64,000 bases of DNA, taken from contig CATNEN010000005.1 in assembly GCA_950097015.1 (NCBI GenBank), positions 2,170,001-2,234,000 on the forward strand. Direction: 5' to 3'. The DNA is from Macrostomum hystrix (lineage: Eukaryota; Animalia; Platyhelminthes). Shown piece after piece: positions 1-11,727 of this stretch (position 1 is the stretch's first letter; every line of letters begins with the position of its first letter). Position numbers and translations under genes: made by a program. The notes beneath the pieces were generated by a model that saw nothing but the letters and a program-made list of their open reading frames with translations, had not been told where the DNA came from and did no database searches.

Positions 1-3000
1 TCTGTAAGTAGCCAAATCTAGAAATTTCCGAATCTGTAATAAGTAGCTAAGTCTAGAAATTTCCGAATCTGTAATAAGTAGCTAAGTCTAGAAATTTCCG
101 AATCTGTAATAAGTAGCTAAGTCTAGAAATTTCCGAATCTGTAATAAGTAGCTAAGTCTAGAAATTTCCGAATCTGTAATAAGTAGCTAAGTCTAGAAAT
201 GTCCGAATCTGTAAGTAGCCTAATCTAGAAATTTCCGAATCTGTAAGTAGCCTAATCTAGAAATTTCCGAATCTGTAAGTAGCCTAATCTAGAAATTTCG
301 AATCTGTAAGTAGCCTAATCTAGAAATTTCCGAATCTGTAAGTAGCCTAATCTAGAAATTTCCGAATCTGTAGGTAGCCTAATCTAGAAATTTCCGAATC
401 TGTAAGCAGCCTAATCTAGAAATTTCCGAATCTGTAAGTAGCCAAATCTAGAAATTTCCGAATCTGTAAGTAGCCTAATCTAGAAATTTCCGAATCTGTA
501 GGTAGCCTAATCTAGAAATTTCCGAATCTGTAAGCAGCCTAATCTAGAAATTTCCGAATCTGTAAGTTGCCTAATCTAGAAATTTCGAATCTGTAATAAG
601 TAGCTAAGTCTAGAAATTTCCGAATCTGTAAGTAGCCTAATCTAGAAATTTCGAATCTGTAAGTAGGCTAATCTAGAAATTTCCGAATCTGTAAGCAGCC
701 AAATCTAGAAATTTCCGAATCTGTAATAAGTAGCTAAGTCTAGAAATTTCAGAATCTGTAAGTAGCCAAATCTAGAAATTTCCGAATCTGTAATAAGTAG
801 CTAAGTCTAGAAATTTCCGAATCTGTAATAAGTAGCTAAGTCTAGAAATTTCCGAATCTGTAAGTAGCCTAATCTAGAAATTTCGAATCTGTAAGTAGCC
901 TAATCTAGAAATTTCGAATCTGTAAGTAGCCAAATCTAGAAATTTCCGAATCTGTAAGTAGCCAAATCTAGAAATTTCCGAATCTGTAAGCAGCCAAATC
1001 TAGAAATTTCCGAATCTATAAGTAGCCAAATCTAGAAATTTCCGAATCTGTAAGCAGCCAAATCTAGAAATTTCCGAATCTGTAAGTAGCCAAATCTAGA
1101 AATTTCCGAATCTATAAGTAGCCAAATCTAGAAATTTCCGAATCTGTAAGTAGCCTAATCTAGAAATTTCGAATCTGTAAGTAGGCTAATCTAGAAATTT
1201 CCGAATCTGTAAGCAGCCAAATCTAGAAATTTCCGAATCTGTAATAAGTAGCTAAGTCTAGAAATTTCAGAATCTGTAAGTAGCCAAATCTAGAAATTTC
1301 CGAATCTGTAATAAGTAGCTAAGTCTAGAAATTTCCGAATCTGTAATAAGTAGCTAAGTCTAGAAATTTCCGAATCTGTAAGTAGCCTAATCTAGAAATT
1401 TCGAATCTGTAAGTAGCCTAATCTAGAAATTTCGAATCTGTAAGTAGCCAAATCTAGAAATTTCCGAATCTGTAAGTAGCCAAATCTAGAAATTTCCGAA
1501 TCTGTAAGCAGCCAAATCTAGAAATTTCCGAATCTATAAGTAGCCAAATCTAGAAATTTCCGAATCTGTAAGCAGCCAAATCTAGAAATTTCCGAATCTG
1601 TAAGTAGCCAAATCTAGAAATTTCCGAATCTATAAGTAGCCAAATCTAGAAATTTCCGAATCTGTAAGTAGCCTAATCTAGAAATTTCGAATCTGTAAGT
1701 AGGCTAATCTAGAAATTTCCGAATCTGTAAGCAGCCAAATCTAGAAATTTCCGAATCTGTAATAAGTAGCTAAGTCTAGAAATTTCAGAATCTGTAAGTA
1801 GCCAAATCTAGAAATTTCCGAATCTGTAATAAGTAGCTAAGTCTAGAAATTTCCGAATCTGTAATAAGTAGCTAAGTCTAGAAATTTCCGAATCTGTAAG
1901 TAGCCTAATCTAGAAATTTCGAATCTGTAAGTAGCCTAATCTAGAAATTTCGAATCTGTAAGTAGCCAAATCTAGAAATTTCCGAATCTGTAAGTAGCCA
2001 AATCTAGAAATTTCCGAATCTGTAAGCAGCCAAATCTAGAAATTTTCGAATCTATAAGTAGCCAAATCTAGAAATTTCCGAATCTGTAAGCAGCCAAATC
2101 TAGAAATTTCCGAATCTGTAAGTAGCCAAATCTAGAAATTTCCGAATCTATAAGTAGCCAAATCTAGAAATTTCCGAATCTGTAAGCAGCCAAATCTAGA
2201 AATTTCCGAATCTGTAAGTAGCCAAATCTAGAAATTTCCGAATCTATAAGTAGCCAAATCTAGAAATTTCCGAATCTGTAAGCAGCCAAATCTAGAAATT
2301 TCCGAATCTGTAAGCAGCCAAATCTAGAAATTTCCGAATCTATAAGTAGCCAAATCTAGAAATTTCCGAATCTGTAAGTAGCCAAATCTAGAAATTTCCG
2401 AATCTGTAAGTAGCCAAATCTAGAAATTTCCGAATCTGTAAGCAGCCAAATCTAGAAATTTCCGAATCTGTAAGTAGCCTAATCTAGAAATTTCCGAATC
2501 TGTAATAAGTAGCTAAGTCTAGAAATTTCCGAATCTGTAAGTAGCCTAATCTAGAAATTTCCGAATCTGTAAGTAGCCAAATCTAGAAATTTCCGAATCT
2601 GTAAGTAGCCTAATCTAGAAATTTCCGAATCTGTAGGTAGCCTAATCTAGAAATTTCCGAATCTGTAAGCAGCCTAATCTAGAAATTTCCGAATCTGTAA
2701 GTTGCCTAATCTAGAAATTTCGAATCTGTAATAAGTAGCTAAGTCTAGAAATTTCCGAATCTGTAAGTAGCCTAATCTAGAAATTTCGAATCTGTAAGTA
2801 GGCTAATCTAGAAATTTCCGAATCTGTAAGCAGCCAAATCTAGAAATTTCCGAATCTGTAATAAGTAGCTAAGTCTAGAAATTTCAGAATCTGTAAGTAG
2901 CCAAATCTAGAAATTTCCGAATCTGTAATAAGTAGCTAAGTCTAGAAATTTCCGAATCTGTAATAAGTAGCTAAGTCTAGAAATTTCCGAATCTGTAAGT

Positions 3001-6000
3001 AGCCTAATCTAGAAATTTCGAATCTGTAAGTAGCCTAATCTAGAAATTTCGAATCTGTAAGTAGCCAAATCTAGAAATTTCCGAATCTGTAAGTAGCCAA
3101 ATCTAGAAATTTCCGAATCTGTAAGCAGCCAAATCTAGAAATTTCCGAATCTATAAGTAGCCAAATCTAGAAATTTCCGAATCTGTAAGCAGCCAAATCT
3201 AGAAATTTCCGAATCTGTAAGTAGCCAAATCTAGAAATTTCCGAATCTATAAGTAGCCAAATCTAGAAATTTCCGAATCTGTAAGTAGCCTAATCTAGAA
3301 ATTTCGAATCTGTAAGTAGGCTAATCTAGAAATTTCCGAATCTGTAAGCAGCCAAATCTAGAAATTTCCGAATCTGTAATAAGTAGCTAAGTCTAGAAAT
3401 TTCAGAATCTGTAAGTAGCCAAATCTAGAAATTTCCGAATCTGTAATAAGTAGCTAAGTCTAGAAATTTCCGAATCTGTAATAAGTAGCTAAGTCTAGAA
3501 ATTTCCGAATCTGTAATAAGTAGCTAAGTCTAGAAATTTCCGAATCTGTAAGTAGCCTAATCTAGAAATTTCGAATCTGTAAGTAGCCTAATCTAGAAAT
3601 TTCGAATCTGTAAGTAGCCAAATCTAGAAATTTCCGAATCTGTAAGTAGCCAAATCTAGAAATTTCCGAATCTGTAAGCAGCCAAATCTAGAAATTTCCG
3701 AATCTATAAGTAGCCAAATCTAGAAATTTCCGAATCTGTAAGCAGCCAAATCTAGAAATTTCCGAATCTGTAAGTAGCCAAATCTAGAAATTTCCGAATC
3801 TATAAGTAGCCAAATCTAGAAATTTCCGAATCTGTAAGTAGCCTAATCTAGAAATTTCGAATCTGTAAGTAGGCTAATCTAGAAATTTCCGAATCTGTAA
3901 GCAGCCAAATCTAGAAATTTCCGAATCTGTAATAAGTAGCTAAGTCTAGAAATTTCAGAATCTGTAAGTAGCCAAATCTAGAAATTTCCGAATCTGTAAT
4001 AAGTAGCTAAGTCTAGAAATTTCCGAATCTGTAATAAGTAGCTAAGTCTAGAAATTTCCGAATCTGTAAGTAGCCTAATCTAGAAATTTCGAATCTGTAA
4101 GTAGCCTAATCTAGAAATTTCGAATCTGTAAGTAGCCAAATCTAGAAATTTCCGAATCTGTAAGTAGCCAAATCTAGAAATTTCCGAATCTGTAAGCAGC
4201 CAAATCTAGAAATTTCCGAATCTATAAGTAGCCAAATCTAGAAATTTCCGAATCTGTAAGCAGCCAAATCTAGAAATTTCCGAATCTGTAAGTAGCCAAA
4301 TCTAGAAATTTCCGAATCTATAAGTAGCCAAATCTAGAAATTTCCGAATCTGTAAGCAGCCAAATCTAGAAATTTCCGAATCTGTAAGTAGCCAAATCTA
4401 GAAATTTCCGAATCTATAAGTAGCCAAATCTAGAAATTTCCGAATCTGTAAGCAGCCAAATCTAGAAATTTCCGAATCTGTAAGCAGCCAAATCTAGAAA
4501 TTTCCGAATCTATAAGTAGCCAAATCTAGAAATTTCCGAATCTGTAAGTAGCCAAATCTAGAAATTTCCGAATCTGTAAGTAGCCAAATCTAGAAATTTC
4601 CGAATCTGTAAGCAGCCAAATCTAGAAATTTCCGAATCTGTAAGTAGCCTAATCTAGAAATTTCCGAATCTGTAATAAGTAGCTAAGTCTAGAAATTTCC
4701 GAATCTGTAAGTAGCCTAATCTAGAAATTTCCGAATCTGTAAGTAGCCTAATCTAGAAATTTCCGAATCTGTAAGTAGCCTAATCTAGAAATTTCCGAAT
4801 CTGTAAGTAGCCTAATCTAGAAATTTCCGAATCTGTAAGCAGCCTAATCTAGAAATTTCCGAATCTGTAAGTTGCCTAATCTAGAAATTTCCGAATCTGT
4901 AAGTAGCCTAATCTAGAAATTTCCGAATCTGTAAGTAGCCTAATCTAGAAATTTCCGAATCTGTAAGTAGCCTAATCTAGAAATTTCCGAATCTGTAAGT
5001 AGCCAAATCTAGAAATTTCCGAATCTGTAAGCAGCCTAATCTAGAAATTTCCGAATCTGTAAGTAGCCAAATCTAGAAATTTCCGAATCTGTAAGCAGCC
5101 TAATCTAGAAATTTCCGAATCTGTAAGCAGCCTAATCTAGAAATTTCCGAATCTGTAAGTAGCCAAATCTAGAAATTTCCGAATCTGTAAGCAGCCAAAT
5201 CTAGAAATTTCCGAATCTGTAAGCAGCCTAATCTAGAAATTTCCGAATCTGTAAGTAGCCAAATCTAGAAATTTCCGAATCTGTAAGCAGCCTAATCTAG
5301 AAATTTCCGAATCTGTAAGTAGCCTAATCTAGAAATTTCCGAATCTGTAAGCAGCCAAATCTAGAAATTTCCGAATCTGTAAGTAGCCTAATCTAGAAAT
5401 TTCCGAATCTGTAATAAGTAGCCTAATCTAGAAATTTCCGAATCTGTAAGCAGCCTAATCTAGAAATTTCCGAATCTGTAAGTAGCCAAATCTAGAAATT
5501 TCCGAATCTGTAAGCAGCCTAATCTAGAAATTTCCGAATCTGTAAGTAGCCTAATCTAGAAATTTCCGAATCTGTAAGCAGCCAAATCTAGAAATTTCGA
5601 ATCTGTAAGTAGCCAAATCTAGAAATTTCCGAATCTGTAAGTAGCCTAATCTAGAAATTTCCGAATCTGTAAGCAGCCAAATCTAGAAATTTCCGAATCT
5701 GTAAGCAGCCAAATCTAGAAATTTCCGAATCTGTAAGTAGCCAAATCTAGAAATTTCCGAATCTGTAAGTAGCCAAATCTAGAAATTTCCGAATCTGTAA
5801 GCAGCCAAATCTAGAAATTTCCGAATCTGTAAGTAGCCTAATCTAGAAATTTCCGAATCTGTAAGCAGCCAAATCTAGAAATTTCCGAATCTGTAAGTAG
5901 CCAAATCTAGAAATTTCCGAATCTGTAAGTAGCCTAATCTAGAAATTTCCGAATCTGTAAGTAGACTAATCTAGAAATTTCCGAATCTGTAAGCAGCCTA

Positions 6001-6675
6001 ATCTAGAAATTTCCGAATCTGTAAGTAGCCTAATCTAGAAATTTCCGAATCTGTAAGCAGCCTAATCTAGAAATTTCCGAATCTGTAAGTAGCCAAATCT
6101 AGAAATTTCCGAATCTGTAAGCAGCCAAATCTAGAAATTTCCGAATCTGTAAGTAGCCTAATCTAGAAATTTCCGAATCTGTAAGCAGCCAAATCTAGAA
6201 ATTTCCGAATCTGTAAGTAGCCTAATCTAGAAATTTCCGAATCTGTAAGTAGCCTAATCTAGAAATTTCAGAATCTGTAAGTAGCCTAATCTAGAAATTT
6301 CCGAATCTGTAAGCAGCCTAATCTAGAAATTTCCGAATCTGTAAGTAGCCTAATCTAGAAATTTCCGAATCTGTAAGCAGCCAAATCTAGAAATTTCCGA
6401 ATCTGTAAGTAGCCTAATCTAGAAATTTCCGAATCTGTAAGCAGCCAAATCTAGAAATTTCCGAATCTGTAAGCAGCCTAATCTAGAAATTTCCGAATCT
6501 GTAAGTAGCCAAATCTAGAAATTTCCGAATCTGTAAGCAGCCTAATCTAGAAATTTCCGAATCTGTAAGCAGCCAAATCTAGAAATTTCCGAATCTGTAA
6601 GTAGCCTAATCTAGAAATTTCCGAATCTGTAAGCAGCCAAATCTAGAAATTTCCGAATCTGTAAGTAGCCTAATC
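1..6675. repeat. Satellite array, 32-bp unit TCTGTAAGTAGCCAAATCTAGAAATTTCCGAA (31- and 35-bp variants); runs off the window start
   Basis: Directly visible head-to-tail repeats; ends at ...GTAGCCTAATCGAGAC near 6675. Confidence 0.99.
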
Positions 6676-7305
6676 GAGACGAATCTCGACATTACCAAAT
6701 ATGGAAATCGACGCATTTAGACGCCATCCAAGCAGGAAAATATTTGGCCGAATCAAAACTTCCTTGGTTTTAAGCGTAGACACAAGTTATAAAAGTTTCC
6801 TATTGATAAAGTAAATTTATCGATTTCAATTAAACCTGTTAAATGAGATTCCATTGTAGATAGAGTAGGTGATAAAGTGATAAGGTAAAATGCACAGTAA
6901 GTACTCGTAGTAGAGAATTTTGAGGGCGGGAAAGTAGGGATCAAATGTCAAATTTTGCCATCCATCTTTCTCTCTCTCTTTCGCTGAACTTTCGGTTTAC
7001 GCACATCGATAATGTATTCAGATAGGGCATTTATATTCAGAACGAGTTGGGCCAGTTCAATCGAAAGTGTTAACAAGATTGTTGCTAAGCACACTCAGTT
7101 TATATTGATGGGGGCTATACTCAGCACAAAAGTGCATTCTCAATAAAAAATTTTTGCTTAACAGTATAAGAAACAAAAATAATAATGATAATACTTGCAG
7201 GAGGGCTGCAAACAATGGCACATCATTTGGTGACACCAGACCCGCAGCCAGCGAGGAGGCAATTCTGCCCATTTCGCTGACTCCCGAGCACACACTCACA
7301 CAGGT

Positions 7306-7507
7306 GTGTACATCTGCCCTGACTTTCTCATAGTCGGGCAGTGTACACTCTCACTGTGCCTTGGAGGTTGGCCCTCAAGGGCGTAAATTGCACGACAAGC
7401 CCCCAAGCCTTCTCTCCGCGGCTGCGCCCCAAATAAATGTGGCCTCGCCGAGGAATCGACCTTAGGGACCTTGGTGCGAGTGGCTAACGCGTTAACCGCT
7501 CTGCCAC
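7306..7507 (-). mobile_element. tRNA-derived SINE-like element (family 1) with terminal hairpin
   Basis: Minus strand starts GTGGCAGAGCGG (A-box-like), with GGTCGATTCC (B-box-like) about 45 nt later. No clean cloverleaf. GC-rich body ends in a 17-bp stem (7306-7348). Confidence 0.6.
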
Positions 7508-7583
7508 AATACCCTTGAAAAAGACAAAAAAATATTTCTAAAAAAATGTGCCTTTCTGTTAGTTTCAACAAAATTGAAACATT

Positions 7584-7625
7584 TTGTTCCCATGGAGTCT
7601 AGAATCGAACTCCCGACCTTCAACT
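7584..7625 (-). mobile_element. Truncated tRNA-derived SINE head (family 2)
   Basis: TTGAAGGTCGGGAGTTCGATTCTAGACTCCATGGGAACAA on minus; aligns by eye with the copies at about 17000-17074 (-) and 40072-40145 (+). Confidence 0.55.
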
Positions 7626-8256
7626 AATACAGTGCCCAAATGACAACCTAGCAGAATAGCTTAGTACATGCATAATCTAGTAAATATAGATCAGACTTAC
7701 CAAATCGGATTCTTCTACTGGCGGTACTAGTTCCAGGAAAACTAGACTGCCCACTAACAAGATTGCTGTCTGGCGAAGATTTCTGCATAGCTCAGCTTAT
7801 TTGGCTAATTATATCTTATTATTTACTGATACACTAAGAAATAACATTCGTTTGACTAAGAATTCAAAATTGAATATACATATCGGCAAGTTTCAGTCAA
7901 TTCTTGTCTACCCAGATTTGATTCTCTTTTTTATTTAAGGCTTCAGTCGAAAAAAAGGGGAACCGTTGTCAAGACACTTTACTTTAAACTATCTCATTCG
8001 CTATTGGACAATAGAGTATGCACAAATACAGCTTGCTGATGTCGCTGCTTGTCTATTGGTCGGTGCTTACTTTATAGAACCGCATAAAATATATCGTAAA
8101 TGTATAGGAAATCAAATAGTGATCAGTCTGTATGTATATTTATTAAGTGTGGGATGGGATTATGGGAATATGAAATTCATAATTTTAGGATTTATGAGAT
8201 TGATTATAATGCGACCTGTGGGACTGAACGTTTTGATATCTGTAGAATACATCATA

Positions 8257-10037
8257 ATGGGATCTGTGGGATTCAATTATTATGGGATCTGTGAATTAAT
8301 TATTATGGGATCTGTGGGATTCAATTATTATGGGATCTGTGAATTAATTATTATGGGATCTGTGGGATTTATACTCATGGGATCTGTGGGATTCAGAATT
8401 ATGGGATCTGTGGGATTCAGAATTATGGGATCTGTGGGATTCAATTATTATGGGATCTGTGAATTAATAATTATGGGATCTGTGGGATTCATACTCATGG
8501 GATCTGTGGGATTCATATTCATGGGATCTGTGGGATTCATACTCATGGGATCTGTGGGATTCATACTCATGGGATCTGTGGGATTCAGAATTATGGGATC
8601 TGTTGGATTTAATTATTATGGGATCTGTGAATTAATAATTATGGGATCAGTGGGATTCATACTCATGGGATCTGTGGGATTCAATTATTATGGGATCTGT
8701 GAATTAATTATTATGGGATCTGTGGGATTCAATTATTATGGGATCTGTGAATTAATAATTATGGGATCTGTGGGATTCATACTCATGGGATCTGTGGGAT
8801 TCATACTCATGGGATCTGTGGGATTCATATTCATGGGATCTGTCGGATTCATACTCATGGGATCTGTGGGATTCATACTCATGGGATCTGTGGGATTCAG
8901 AATTATGGGATCTGTTGGATTTAATTATTATGGGATCTGTGAATTAATTATTATGGGATCTGTGGGATTTATACTCATGGGATCTGTGGGATTCATACTC
9001 ATGGGATCTGTGGGATTAATAATCATGGGATCTGTGGGATTCAATTATTATGGGATCTGTGAATTAATTATTATGGGATCTGTGGGATTTATACTCATGG
9101 GATCTGTGGGATTCAGAATTATGGGATCTGTGGGATTAATAATCATGGGATCTGTGGGATTCAATTATTATGGGATCTGTGAATTAATTATTATGGGATC
9201 TGTGAATTAATTATTATGGGATCTGTGGGATTTATACTCATGGGATCTGTGGGATTCATACTCACGGGATCTGTGGGATTCAGAATTATGGGATCTGTTG
9301 GATTTAATTATTATGGGATCTGTGAATTAATAATTATGGGATTAGTGGGATTCATACTCATGGAATCTGTGGGATTCATACTCATGGGATATGTGGGATT
9401 CATACTCATGGGATATGTGGGATTCATACTCATGGGATCTGTGGGATTCATACTCATGGGATCTGTGGGATTAATAATCATGGGATCTGTGGGATTCAAT
9501 TATAATGGGATCTGTGGGATTAATAATCATGGGATCTGTGGGATTCATAATTATGGGATCTGTGGGATTCATAATTATGGGATCTGTGGGATTCATAATC
9601 ATTGGATCTGTGGGATAAATCATAATGGGATGTGTGGGATTCATAATCATGGGATCTGTGGGATTCATAATCATGGGATCTGTGGGATTCATAATCATGG
9701 GATTTGTGGGATACATAATCATGGGATCTGTGGGATTCAAAATTATGGAATCTGTGAATTTATAATTATGGGATCTGTGGGTATCATACTCATGGGATAT
9801 GTGGGATTCATACTCATGGGATCTGTGGGATTCAATTATTATGGGATCTGTGGGATTCAATTATTATGGGATCTGTGGGATTAATAATCATTGGATCTGA
9901 GATTCATAATTATGGGATCAGTGGGATTCATAATTATGGGATCTGTGGGATTAATAATCATGGGATCTGTGGGATTAAATTATTATGGGATCTGTGAATT
10001 AATAATTATGGGATCTGTGGGATTCATACTTATTGGA
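8257..10037. repeat. Minisatellite, 24-bp unit ATGGGATCTGTGGGATTCATACTC with 25+23-bp dimer variants
   Basis: Visible tandem repeats; source of the spurious MGSVGF-repeat ORFs. Confidence 0.98.
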
Positions 10038-11727
10038 TCTAGGATATCAACAACCCTTCAAAATGTCGCGATGTCAAGATTTCTTAGAAAACCTATTCAA
10101 GCGAAAGTGAAGATATTACAATGAAAGATTCCCTTTTTAAATTTAGTATCACTTCAGAAACAATAGGCAACAAATACGAGCGTATACATACAAATATAAA
10201 TATACATAAAGGAAAGATAGTTTGGTTAGAAAAAAACAACTCACAGTTCAAAGTTGGTGCTCAAAAGCAACCATTGAAACTTGTTCGACTCAATCTCAAG
10301 TATCCACACTTGCCCCTGTTGGCAATGGTAGATATGTTTCATTGTCAATGACAGGTTAAGTGTGTCGCTGAAAAGTTAAGATAATATATGAAAACTATAT
10401 TTAATTAATTATTCGCATAAAAACAATTCATTGCAGAAACTCTCAACTTTTTTTCTATATCTAGTACAGTGAAAAATGTAAATTGTATAGCCCTTCTGTC
10501 CATGGACTGGAGGGACACAAAAACTTACTTAAATGTCTACCCCCGCTGATGCCACTAAATAGACTAAACAATAAAGACAGATGACGAATTTTTTTATCAA
10601 CAAACTTAACTCTAAGTCTGAATTAAGATCTAAAAAAACTAGTCACCCTACTGTAAGTAGGATAATGAAAATTAGAAAAAAAACATCAAGAAATCAATAA
10701 AGTGAGGTGGACAGCAACAGAAACAGCAATATTACGACAACTTTTTGCGCTTAATGTTTCTTTGTTTTTATTTTAAAAGATTAACTTTTAATACAAGTTG
10801 AACACACTGACAGAGTTCAGTTTTATTGACGGATCTAAGAGTTCAATTATATTGTTAATCAATAAAATTTAAAGTCAAGAAAAATGTTTATATGAATAAT
10901 AGCAGAATTCAGGATAACAGATATATAGCTTTTAATTAGTGATTTCAATCAGTACAGGCGAATAAATATGAACTTCTTTTCAACCAAACCTGTATAATTA
11001 TATAGCGAAAAACTGACAGTGTGAAATGAAGCCAAGCTAAATTTCACTGCTTAAATAATTAATTTAAACACCGCACTTATTTTTAACCTACTATTAGTAA
11101 TAAAACAGTGAAGTATAGCTTTTATTTTTATATTAGACTATAATTAAACCAAACAAATTACAAAAGAAGAAAAAATGTCAGAAAGAAATAAAAGTGCAAA
11201 AGAAACAGCGCATTTTGTAGTGATAATAATAATGAGCGATAATTGACTAAATTATATAATTAAGACACTGAACACCGAAACCATATGAAGATAATAATTT
11301 GTTATAATTAAAGGGATAAGGGATAATATTATAAAAACTAATCCAAGATAATTAATCTGTTCCCAAAACCAAATGTTATGTACTACAGTTCAGTCCATGG
11401 ACCGAAGGAAATACAAAAATTTCCCCTTGGTGTATGGTGTGTGGTCCTTCGGTCCAAAAATTAAGCGCCTTGCTCAATGATACACGTTTCCCATTCGACC
11501 TCTTGATCAGAAGTTTAAAGCTCTAACAGTTAAGCTACAGCAAAATTAAGATATAAACTAAACTAGCAACAATTAATAAATAACAACAATACATTATTAA
11601 AATGATCATTCTACTATCAAAAAGCAATTCTTGTCAATCCGAGCCTTTAAAAAAAGAGAAAAAGTAATGTTTTCTGGTTCTTATTGTTGTTTCTTTAGCC
11701 ATGCAGCAAGCAGATAATGATAGATTC

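Noticed and set aside
7430-7507. Functional tRNA gene
   Set aside because: A/B boxes are present but there is no convincing acceptor stem or anticodon arm; treated as a SINE head, as are the elements at 17074 and 40072.
7966-10124. Long ORFs (414 aa, 222 aa and others) with MGSVGF repeats
   Set aside because: Translations of the 24-bp minisatellite; upstream part is AT-rich with a non-ATG start and no domain.
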